A DNA stretch of 56,589 nt, the filler included, from Dugesia japonica (taxonomy: Eukaryota): the NCBI GenBank assembly GCA_001938525.1. It is 5 parts of 5 records of this genome, joined end to end, with 100 filler letters (N's around TTAATTAATTAA, not from the genome) between each part and the next. Parts side by side here need not be neighbours in the genome. Positions count along the whole stretch, not along the records: positions 1 to 11,040 come from MQRL01627721.1; positions 11,141 to 22,342 come from MQRL01619254.1; 3 more parts are not named here. One strand, written 5' to 3'. Every line of letters begins with the position of its first letter. The stretch's first letter is position 1. Below are positions 1 to 11,906 of the stretch, one piece after another. The position numbers and the translations under genes were made by a program. The notes beneath the pieces are model-generated. The model made no database searches and was not told where the DNA came from. It saw nothing but the letters and a program-made list of their open reading frames with translations.

Positions 1-62
<62 letters not shown>
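1..62. repeat. (TAA)n microsatellite
   Basis: Perfect TAA run. Confidence 0.98.
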
Positions 63-65
<3 letters not shown>

Positions 66-379
66 GTTTTGATTTCATGAATATTTTGATCTTAGATAAT
101 AATTTTCTGCTTTATAATATTAATACCAATAACTTATTAAGTATAATAATAATGATTTTTGTTTTACTTTACATTAAATTATTTCTTAAAATACTAAAAT
201 TAATTGTACTTTTGTTTTAATTACTAATAATAAAATAAATTATAGTATTTCAGCTTTCATAGATTCTAAATTATTATCATGAAATAACAAATGTACTTTT
301 GTTTTAATAATAATTTAATAATATTAATACACGGAGTGTCATAATTTTAATAATAATAATACTAATAATATTAATATTA

Positions 380-1379
380 TTGAGATTTACGCTTTCCAAA
401 ATTACTGATAATCAAATGGCNTCTAATGAAACCAATTATTACTATTCGAATAATTCTTTAATAAATTTTTTAAATTATTGTTTAAAAAATAATATAATAA
501 ATAATAAATAATAATATAAATAATATATAAATAATATATAATAAATAAATAATATTAAAAATAATATTAACAATAATAATTATTGAAGTATAATAGAATA
601 AACATATAGTTTAAATGAAATGATAAAACATTAGTTAAGAATAGTAAAGTAACATAATGGTTAGTTTAATACAAATAAAATTAAGAATATTTGGAATATC
701 ATAATTATTAAAGATTATTGTTATCATTAATTATCATTAAATAATATTAAATTAAGCTTAATTAAAACAAAACGTAAAATAACATTTAGTTTTATTAAAA
801 TAAATTAGGAATTCTGGAATAATTGTTACTGGTATGATTGTGGTGTTGATTATATTTATGTGAATAGCTATTATTATTATAAATTACTAAAATGCATATA
901 TTAATATTTATAAACATTTTTGATAAAATTATTATTTATTATATTTTGAAAGTTCATTTCTAAATAATGACATTGCAAATTAAAATTATTTACGGTGATT
1001 CAACATCGTAAGAAAAAATAATAAAAAAGAACCTGGGATAACTAGCATCGGAAAAAAAGTTCTAACGAAAAATGGAACGAGAATAAACGCGCTTAAAAAG
1101 ATAAAACTTGCAAACTAGAGCATCATTAGTAAAATGAGAATTCAAATTTAAAATCACTCAACAAATATGAAACATATCGCCAATTTTATTATCAATAACC
1201 GCAGCAATAATTCACTAAAAAGAACAGATAACAACACAGGAGAGGCTATATAAGCAAGTCTCTAACCATGAACAAAAACAATAATTTAAAAAATTTATTA
1301 AAGAATTATTCGAATAGTAATAATTGGTTTCATTAGAGGCCATTTGATTATCAGTAATTTTGGAAAGCGCAAATCTCAA
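380..1379. repeat. 104-bp inverted repeat pair (380-483 / 1276-1379)
   Basis: ttgagatttacgctttcc...aattattgttt is the reverse complement of aaacaataatt...ggaaagcgcaaatctcaa, with one mismatch and one N. Confidence 0.9.
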
Positions 1380-3633
1380 ATCAAAAAGTAAATACAAGAC
1401 TTTATTTGTGACTATCAACTGAGATCATCCACTGACCTGTTGATCAATAAATTATGAATACTGAAATTTGAAATGAAGAAAAATGACCACGACAAAATCG
1501 GATACGACAACAAAATGACAAAGATGAATTAATAATGCAATTTTAACGAAAAGCAAATTGACGATAAAAGAATGATGGTAAAATTTCGAAGAAGGAGAAG
1601 ATTGATGATAAGAATTTGATTATGAAGTTTAGTTGAAGAAGAAAACTGACAAAATCAAATGATAATGAAGTTTAGATAAAGGAAAACAAATAGTTCTGTC
1701 GAATACTAAAAGGAACAATAACAAAGTAATCATTGATAAAATTGTGGTAATAAAATGAGTAGTAATAATAAAGATAATTTGAAATGATAATAAATTGTGA
1801 TGATGGAGGAAGTTGGAAATAATAATTTTTTTGGAAGAAGAAAAATTTTGAAGTCGAATTTTGACGGCAAAATGAGTTGTGATGATAAAGAAATTTTGCA
1901 TATCAATAAATTACTGATAATGAAATGGAAAGTCAACGTGAAAAGACGAAATTATCAAAGGGATGATTTGAGATGGAATTGTAATAGTGAAAGGGAAGTT
2001 AATTTCACATTGAATGTGAATCATAAAGAAAAATGTGAATTATAAATGATGATAANNNNNNNNNNNNNNNNNNNNNNNNNNNNNNNNNNNNNNNNNNNNN
2101 NNNNNNNNNNNNNNNNNNNNNNNNNNNNNNNGTAAAATAATTTTCTTATTAGCAATCAAAAGGCTTGTGATGATCAAGGAATGCATTTTCTAACAGTAAT
2201 ATTAATACACATATGAGATATTGATCAACAATACTAATCTTTTATTTTTATTACAATATAGTAATATTATTTTCGTTAACACATTGGTAGAAACTACAAT
2301 TACAGGCTTAGACTTCGTCAGTTTTCACAGTCGTCATAACCTATTTTAATTCGTAGGTTTATATAGTTATAATTCCATCAACGAATAGATAAACTAAGTG
2401 TTCCCAATTAAATTTATCGTACACGCTCAAGACCAATAGAATAAAAAGGCTCAGCGATAGCATCTTAAACAGTGAGGAATTATAATACCACTAACACATG
2501 AAAATTAATGTCTAAACGAAAAAGATAGTTATCCCACCATTTGATGCTAACCTAGAAACAAAAAATAAATCATAATTTAGAATGTCTCGGAAGATTTTTA
2601 TGTCGAAAGCTTAACATTTGCAGTCAGACTAGTCATTCGTTTCACCGTCACCTAATAATCTTCTGGACTTGTGAGAACCTGTCGGAGAGATTGGTTGCGA
2701 TGTTGAACCATGTTGTATGGTACAGGATCACCTCCAATTGAAGAGTTTGGAGCTTTCTGGCCTGAAAGAAGAAAATNNNNNNNNNNNNNNNNNNNNNNNC
2801 CAACTACAAGCAAAACTACATCTAACGGAATATGATCGGATCAATTATAACAACGCGCTTGCGGAACTCATGAACAAAGTCGCCCAGCATTTGAGTCAAG
2901 CCTCAACACCAGCAGCAAACGGGATAGTGTCAAGATGACTTCTGTCGGATAATAAAGCCACTGCCGAGTGCTTAATCGTAAAGATTGAAGTATCAATATC
3001 TTCCTTTGTATATTATGAGATTGAACATGAAAACAAAATCGAGAACCACAGTCTATTTATATTGAAAGTCCAACTTGAAGCCATTGTCTTAAAATATGTA
3101 GTGATATTTAGTGTGAAGAAATCTTATTCTTAATAAATAAATTTTTAATATTATTTTCTTATAGACAATAAACAAAATGAAGATTAAAGATTCGATAAGA
3201 ATAAATTAAATATGTTAATTTTTTTAAAAAACTATTTAATATTTTATTTAGAATTTTAATAAACGTGGAAGTCTGAAAATGAAAAGGAAACTTATAGTTC
3301 AAAACTATAAATATTAATTAATTAATTTTTTATTTCAGAATTATTTTTTTGATGATCCTCCTTTACTTCCGGATATCCAATTAAATTGTGAGTCAGATTT
3401 TTTGTTACTTTTATTTAGTAATTTCTAAGATTTAGTAATGTTAAATAAATTTTTGGAAAATTTTATGATAAAATAAAATAGAAAAATATTTACTTATTGT
3501 ATATTTTTAGAACATTGCTCATCTATGTTGAATATATAAGGGACTATCAGATAAAAACATGCTTTATATCAAATCGAGCTATTCCTTTAAACGAAAAATG
3601 TTTTCATGATGGAATAAAGCAAATAAATGAATA

Positions 3634-5040
3634 AACCCATACACTCCTGAAGCTTATTTACTCATAAACTCTATACACTCCTAAACACCATTCACTCCTA
3701 CACCCCAATCACTTTTTAACCCAATACACTCCTAAACGCTAACAACTCCTAAACTCTATACACTTTTAAGGGTCGTGTGAATCCTGTCCCCAGTCTGTTA
3801 ATATTTTATCAATGTAAATTACATTCTTAAGCTTAGCAATAAATTAATAATATTAATTAATAATAATTAATTTTAGTGACTCATAATAGAAAAATTAACA
3901 AAAATACTAACAATATAATTAAAATATATTAAATTACTAAAAATAAATAAATTTAAAAATTAATTACTATAAATAGGATTTTTAAAAATATTTAAAATTA
4001 ATAACTAAAAACAGTAATTTTAAAATAATAATTTTAAAAAGAAAAATATTAAAAATAACTACTTTATTTTATTGGCCAATCTATTTCTAGTAGTTTCTTT
4101 GATTGGCCACTAATAGATATAAATAAGTAGTTAAACATATTTGCGATGAAGAAAATTTGATTTAAGTAGATAGTGACTTATCGATTGACAAAATTTGATT
4201 TTTGAAGTAGTTAAAATTATAGCAATTGCGCATTATTTATTTGGAATTTACACATTTCAAAATTATAGATTAGTAAGCCTTGTTATATTTAAAATCAGAC
4301 TATAAGTTAGATTATATTCCAATTTAAAAAGTTAAATTGTAGAATATTATCATCTTGATAAAAATCGATCAAGTTAAGGTTTTAAATTATTTAACTTAAC
4401 ATCGAAAAAACAAGTAAGCAGATTTTTCATATAATCTGGACTGTGACTTGAAAGTAATAATAAATATATTCCCTTAAATTCATTGTTTTTTTGAAGACGT
4501 TGATCCAAAAACCGTGAAGAACAACTTTTGTATATTTTTTAAGCATCTTGAAATACTCTTTGCTTTATAAGGTTACACCGAATAAAATTGTCAATAAACT
4601 GGATGATTTTTATAAGAAGTTTATTAAGTTGTTATTGCCAAAATTGAAAATAAATTCTTGAGTTTTATTGTATGTTTTTAAATTCATTTGTTATTTATCT
4701 ATACTAACTAGAATTATAAATATCATTGTGAAACTTAAATGAAACATATCGAAATAAATCATTGTTTTATCAAACTCTCTTAATTTACAGCCACCCAAAA
4801 TTAACTGATTTTGGTCTCGTCAGTTTGACCACATATTGTGTGCACATTTAAATAAACACATAAACTTTTTGTTAAACCTCACACACTCCTAAACCCATAC
4901 ACTCCTGAACCTCATTCACTCCTAAACTCTATTCACTTTTTAACCCTATACACTCCTAAACCCTATACACTCCCAAACCTTATACACTCCTAAACCCATA
5001 CACTCACAAACTCCATATATTCCGAAACACTATACATTCA
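3634..5040. repeat. Degenerate ~19-21 nt minisatellite (ACACTCCTAAACCC/TCTAT) in two blocks, 3634-3770 and 4875-5040
   Basis: Repeated acactcctaaac units on both sides of an unrelated ~1.1 kb segment. Confidence 0.85.
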
Positions 5041-7132
5041 TAATCTAATAACAAAATTACATGTCATGTAAATTTTATAAATAAAAGTAAACAAAAAAAT
5101 GATTAAAAAAATAAAGAAAATAAAAATATTCAAATAAAAAAAATATAAAAAATAAAAATTGTCACCATNNNNNNNNNNNNNNNNNNNNNNNNNNNNNNNN
5201 NNNNNNNNNNNNNNNNNNNNNNNNNNNNNNNNNNNNNNNNNNNNNNNNNNNNNNNNNNNNNNNNNNNNNNNNNNNNNNNNNNNNNNNNNNNTTTTTTATG
5301 ATAAATTAAATTTTTCAAGTTAAATTTTAGTTGAAATTTAGATAAATGTATTGAAAGATGGTTATTGGATTCATTATTATATGGTATATGATGTTTAAAG
5401 GTTCGAATAAAATGGTAAAAGTTGGTTAAATTATGGAAAATATGTTTAATATGTGCTAAATAATAGCTAAGTGATATAAAATATGACATGCGTTGAATAG
5501 GTAACAGTTGCGATGGAATTTCTTACCATTTTGCTAAGCCTTGTCTGGTTAATTATTGACGATGATGACTGATTGTTTTGTAACAATTGTAATAGTATTC
5601 GATTTGTGATCTGATGTGAACGGTTCAAATAACTGCTACTGAAAATACACATGTTGAATCAAGCTTAGCGTAGTTAAAACTATTTAAGCTTTTTGGAAGT
5701 TCAATTATAAACGGTTTCGGATGGATGCTAACGGATGTAGGGATTAGCAATTTGAGACAGGACGTGAACGGTCGGAATAACTACTAGGCTGTATATCTTC
5801 GTAGGATGCAATGTATTGATACGGAAAGACAACAAGACTGTTACTGAAACAATGCATGAACATAATTAATAGTTATTAATAATTTATTGATTAAAACTAA
5901 TTGACTTATATACAATATTTAATTAATGTCTTATTCCATAGACTCTTTCTTTGTATTTTTTATAACTTATATATCATTGAACATATAGACTGCTCTGAGC
6001 ATAAATATAGACAGCTCGCAGTACTAAAATAATTAAATAACTCACGTTTGCAATACGAAAGCCTCATGAATACAACAAGCAAACATACCCCTGGGAATTT
6101 ATAACTGCCCGAAAATTCAACCTTAACACTGCCCGAACAAAAATTCTGCAGACTGTCCAAGCATTCATCTAAAACATTTCAACAGCCTTTACAAACCATG
6201 ATGTTTAAAAATTCACACACAAACTCCAAAAAATCAAAACCATATTTTTTCCTATTTTCCCTTTTCCCTCTTCCTTAGAAAAATAGTGAATGTATTAATA
6301 TAAATTATAAAAAAATTAAAAAAAGATAATTAATTTAAATTTTAAAAAAATGTCTCCAAAGTTAAAATAAATCTTTAATTTTTCTTATACTAAACAAAAT
6401 GCGCAATAACATATACCTAATAACACCGCAGGTGTTATATATTATTACACAGACTTCATTAAAACTAACAATTCAGTTATTGTTTCTTAAACTATAGACA
6501 AAATGCGCGATAATCCATACAAAATAACGCTGCAGGTGAAATTACGAAATTGTAATTAATAAGCTAAATAAAACAATTTATGAAAGTCTTTTTCTGATTA
6601 CAAATTAAAATGTACGGGTTTAACTATTAGTTTTTAACTGATTTGATTGTTAATTTGCCAATTATTTGTGAACATCATAAACTTAAATTAGTTTTTATAC
6701 TAAAATCAAAGTTTGTTTCCGAGCATTCAATTATAAGACTTCGACAAGTCCTTTCATTTTGATAACAAAATCTTTTATATTTATTTAAAATATTAGTTTC
6801 TTAGCGTATTTAAAGTACAATTCAGACAATTGTGATTTTGAATAACAGTAATTGATGTTTTAATTTTAGTATGAAATACTTTTAATTCTTCATTTTGTTA
6901 AATTCCTTTGCATAAATATAAAAATAAAATCATAAAATATTTGTTTTAATATCTAATGACCTTAAAAAATTAAAGAACAATTATTTTAAATTTGAAAACT
7001 TTCACAATTTAATCAAGTAATCATTATTTAATTGGATTTATTTAGTTTTAATAATTAAGGTCTTATAAANNNNNNNNNNNNNNNNNNNNNNNNNNNNNNN
7101 NNNNNNNNNNNNNNNNNNNNNNNNNNNNNNNN

Positions 7133-10100
7133 GATAATATTCCATGTACAATAAAAATTGGTATCGGAGTGTTTTTAACCAATTTGATTATTGGTGGGAT
7201 GGAAAAATCTTATGCATTATTATTTAATGAAATTTATATGCATTTTCACACTAGTTATAAAGTGATTTCATTTATTTTCGGTCTTAATTCGGCGATAAGA
7301 TTAATGCTAGGTTGATAGAGTTTTTAATGATACAAGTATTATAATATTGATTTAGGACCTTTTTGCATTTTATTAATAACAAAATTCAACTGCCGAAGTA
7401 TTGCAATAATTGGGTCAATACTCAGTTTCCTTGGACTTTTAATTTGTTCATTTGCTAATAATTTGATAGTATTCACTTTAGGATACGGAATTATAAATGG
7501 TTAATATTATGTTATTATAAAAATGAACATTTATTCATTTAAATCTAATTTGATGCTTTAAAAATCTTTTTAATTTATGTTTTCAAATTTATTATTTAGC
7601 TTAAAATAATTTTATAATTTTCAAANNNNNNNNNNNNNNNNNNNNNNNNNNNNNNNNNNNNNNNNNNNNNNNNNNNNNNNNNNNNNNNNNNNNNNNNNNN
7701 NNNNNNNNNNNNNNNNNNNNNNNNNNNNNNNNNNNNNNNNNNNNNNNNNNNNNNNNNNNNNNNNNNNNNNNNNNNNNNNNNNNNNNNNNNNNNNNTTTCA
7801 AACTAAAATTACCAAATTTGGTTCTTTTACAAAAAAAGTTTCTAAACAATTTAACATTTATTGAGTGTTGTTCAAGTGAATTCCAGTGAAACAACAGCAA
7901 GAATTGTTTAAAATACTAGTGAGCAAAGACGTATCCACAGAGGGGGGCAGTCGCCCCCCCCCCATAACCGGATTTTGAAAAAGTTATATAATTATAAGGA
8001 GCGACTATCCACGTGAATATTAGGATAGTAGTATGAGAAAGTAAAAAAGAAATAATTAAAAACAATTTTGTATCGAAAAGTCGAAATGAATAAGATAAAA
8101 TTAATTGTAGATTAAAGTAAAGTAGATAGATAATGGCACACTAAACCACATCCTGGATTACAAAATGGTTTAGTAATTTAGGAACGATCTACTGTAAAAC
8201 TATATTAAATGCTAAAAATGATAAAATTTTATAATAAAAATTAACCTTGTATAGAAATTGTACTTGTTAGTTTTTTATTGTTANNNNNNNNNNNNNNNNN
8301 NNNNNNNNNNNNNNNNNNNNNNNNNNNNNNNNNNNNNNNNNNNNNNNNNNNNNNNNNNNNNNNNNNNNNNNNNNNNNNNNNNNNNNNNNNNNNNNNNNNN
8401 NNNNNNNNNNNNNNNNNNNNNNNNNNNNNNNNNNNNNNNNNNNNNNNNNNNNNNNTTAAAGTATTTGAAATTTGAGCAAAAAAATTATTTTTCAAAAATT
8501 TGAATTGTTCACCTGGATTCCGATGAAAATTTGAATTATTTGTAAAAACAATTTTGTTTATTGTGAAAGTTTATTTTTTGCTAATTATTCACGTTTTTAA
8601 AAATTTTTAACCATTGATCTCTGAATAAAATTAAATATTTTCAAAATTAAGAAAATAAACTACGGCTTAAATCAAAAAATAATTTTTAAAATTTTTTATT
8701 AAGGTTAAAAATTTCAAAAATTTAACTTACTTCCCCAAATGTTCGAGTTTAAATCTTCTTAGAGAGTTGTGATTGATTTATTTAATCAAAACTCCCGAAG
8801 AAGATAAAATCGAAAAATTAACCCTAATAAAAATTAAAAAAACATTTTTTAGCCTAATGTATAAAATTTCTTAAATGTAGTTAAATTTCTTCATTTTAGA
8901 AATATTTAATTTTATTTTTAAAAAAATTTAAAGTGGACTTTTCTGCTGGATTTCCGTGAAAATCTATTAAAAATTAATTTTAGTAAATATAAACAAAAAA
9001 TCATTGATTTCACTTTATTTAAACTAAGAATTTAATTCCCGCTCGATTACATAATAAATGACGTAATTATTTTTATATCGCCCCCCATGAAAAATTCCTG
9101 GATCCGTCGTTGATTTCAAGTATATCTAAACATTTATACAAAAATAAATAAATATTTATAAAAAATTGGCAATTAATAGGTTAATAAAGTAGTAGTAATT
9201 AAAAATAGAAAGTATCAGTAAGCTAAATGAAATGTATAGATTAACAGAAATACAACAACCCATTTTGATATTCAGCATTTATTTAAAAACAGAACACTTT
9301 CCTTCTCCACATTTCCAAACGTATTTGTCAAAAAGATAGGCATTTCTTTTCCATCATATTTTATCGTTGCAATGTGAACATTTCGTTTCCGTTGTTTTAT
9401 TAGGCTCTTAAATTTAAAAAATTATTTCAAAATTTTTGATTTTTAATTTAGTAAATGTTTATAAAAAAAAATGTGAATCTATTTTAATTTTTTCATTCTT
9501 AAATTACATTATTTTAACATATGTCCCGGATGTAATATTTAGCAGATAAGAAAATTTAAATTTCAGGCTGAGATTTTTTTAAATCCAGCCGCCGTTGGGA
9601 ATTTTTTACGAGAAAAGTTTCGAGTATTTCAGGGTTTAGTTACATTTGAAGAAATTGAAACATCTGATTATTTAATTAAAACTCGTATATATTAATAGGA
9701 CAAATGGTAAAACGTTTTCTATGTTTTAAAGAGATTCTGAAGTTTGCCGAAATAAAAAAATTTTGGAAATCGACATCTTTTATCAAATTCTTTAAACCTT
9801 ACATAGTCACACCTTCGTTGTCAGAGACACCAAATTGATAATCCTTTGTTAATGCTCTCTTTAAATATCATTATTATATTCATTTGTATTAAAACTAACC
9901 CTTGAAAAAAGCTCATAGTTTCTAAAATAATAAATAAATTCATAAACAGTATTTATTATTTTTTTTAGAAATTTTTTTTACTTCAGTCTGTTATAATTTT
10001 TTAGACATTCTGATAATTTTTATTGATACAAGTTAGAATTGCATTTATTTACATTCATTCCGTAACTATGGTTTCAATTTTAAGGTTCTTTTATTTCATT

Positions 10101-10881
10101 GCTTATTTTTTTAATATAATTATCATGTTAATGAATATATCATGTTTCGAACATTATTTTTTCCTACTATTTTTTATAAAAATAATTCCNNNNNNNNNNN
10201 NNNNNNNNNNNNNNNNNNNNNNNNNNNNNNNNNNNNNNNNNNNNNNNNNNNNNNNNNNNNNNNNNNNNNTGTTTAGTTTTTATTCCGAGTGTGATAATAT
10301 TAATAAGACATTGTACTGAAAATCTAGCAATACTATCTGGTATAACTTCATCGGGAATTGCAATCGGATCGAGTATATTTCCCTATATCGTGAGATATTT
10401 GATGGATATTTATGGATTTTCCAATTGTTTGTTTTTAATGAGTTCAATGATGCTAAATGCATTAGTATTTGCCAGTTTCTATTGTGAAAATTATGTTAAA
10501 ATTTATGATTCACCAACTAATATCTGTCGAAATATCAGTTGTGAAAACTCAAAAAGCTTAGTATTTGATAAAAACAACAATTTTATAGCTACAAATTCAC
10601 CGGAATCACACAAAGAAAACTATATAAAAAATATTTTATCACCGAATACAATAAAATCTTATTCCAGTTCAAAAAGCAGCTATATAATTGATTATGATGG
10701 CAGCTTTCTTAAAGTCGTTACAGATAATTTGGAAAATTCTTTTTGTATATCTATGAAAAACCATATTTCATATATTTTTCGAAATAAATATATCTCCTTG
10801 TTTCTATTTACACAAATCACAATGGGTATTGGTAATGGTTTTTGGACAACTTATCTTATAGACTGTGCTAGAGTTTATGGA
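7133..10881 (+). CDS. Monocarboxylate transporter (SLC16/MCT, MFS), partial; exons <=7133-7310, 7356-7499, <=10270-10881
   Basis: Spliced translation GIGVFLTNLIIGGMEKSYALLFNEIYMHF..RLMLG|PFCILLITKFNCRSIAIIGS..GYGIING|..CLVFIPSVII..GIAIGSSIFP..YGFSNCLFLMSSMMLN fits MCT TM1-TM7. The 45-nt GT-AG intron is in phase. The 5' end is in a gap and the C-terminal exons are absent from the scaffold. Confidence 0.85.
7924..9112. mobile_element. Degenerate non-autonomous DNA transposon in the MCT intron
   Basis: Imperfect TIRs caaagacgtatccac / ctggatccgtcgttg (12/15) with subterminal G/C runs; no TSD recovered. Confidence 0.4.
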
Positions 10882-11040
10882 GTAATATAATTAATTTGAA
10901 TTAAACTTATTAACAACTAATAAAATAATTAACATTTAATATGAAAACAAAGAAATTTTAATGAATCTGTTTTATAATTTTATAATTACAATTATTGTGA
11001 GAATAATTGTTGGACTTAACCATTGATCGGATTTGAGATT

Positions 11041-11140
11041 NNNNNNNNNNNNNNNNNNNNNNNNNNNNNNNNNNNNNNNNNNNNTTAATTAATTAANNNN
11101 NNNNNNNNNNNNNNNNNNNNNNNNNNNNNNNNNNNNNNNN
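11041..11140. other. Artificial scaffold linker 44N-TTAATTAATTAA-44N
   Basis: Six-frame-stop oligo centred in exactly 100 nt; identical at four places. Confidence 0.95.
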
Positions 11141-11494
11141 GAGAACGATGACAAAACCAAAATAGTGGACTTGGACGAATAAAAGAAGAGTGTTTGTAAA
11201 TAAATAAATGTTAGAAACAGCACGTGTACATTGAATAGTTTTGGCCATATACTTCAAATTATTGATGCAATATTAATATTTTTTGAAGGTTATGTTGCTT
11301 CTACAGCTTTTATTTTCAAAAACATCAAAACCATTTCCCTATAACTAAATGTAAGCTACACAGCGAACATATAAATTTGAAAATACATTCATAATTAAAC
11401 AAAAGTCGAATACCATTCTGAAATATTAAACTAATGAAATCACTACGTCACTAAATTTGTATAAGACAATAAATACCGTCAATAAACAATAATA

Positions 11495-11870
11495 AATACT
11501 AATAATATTAATTATAATCAATAATAATAATACTAATTGTAATCAATAATAATAATATTAATTGTAATCAATAATAATAATATTAATTGTAATCAATAAT
11601 AATAATANNNNNNNNNNNNNNNNNNNNNNNNNNNNNNNNNNNNNNNNNNNNNNNNNNNNNNNNNNNNNNNNNNNNNNNNNNNNNNNNNNNNNNNNNNNNN
11701 NNNNNNNNNNNNNNNNNNNNNNNNNNNNNNNNNNNNNNNNNNNNNNNNNNNNNNNNNNNNNNNNNNNNNNNNNNNNNNNNNAATAATAATAATATTAATT
11801 GTAATCAATAATAATAATATTAATTATAATAACAATAATCAATAATAATATTAATTATAATAATATCAAA
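11495..11870. repeat. 25-nt tandem repeat AATAATAATAATATTAATTGTAATC
   Basis: Repeated units on both sides of the gap. Confidence 0.9.
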
Positions 11871-11906
11871 TAACTATAATGATTTGTCAATAAAAATAAA
11901 ATATAT

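Noticed and set aside
2200-2700. Minus-strand CTGACGA...GAAA with a possible GIY-YIG tail upstream
   Set aside because: No stem I complement or UH site; protein similarity too weak
3339-3633. Two exon-like segments with AG/GT signals
   Set aside because: Joining them in the obvious frame creates TAA; no recognisable product
6393-6538. Two ~42 nt direct repeats (aaaatgcgc..gcaggtg)
   Set aside because: Only two degenerate copies and no further structure
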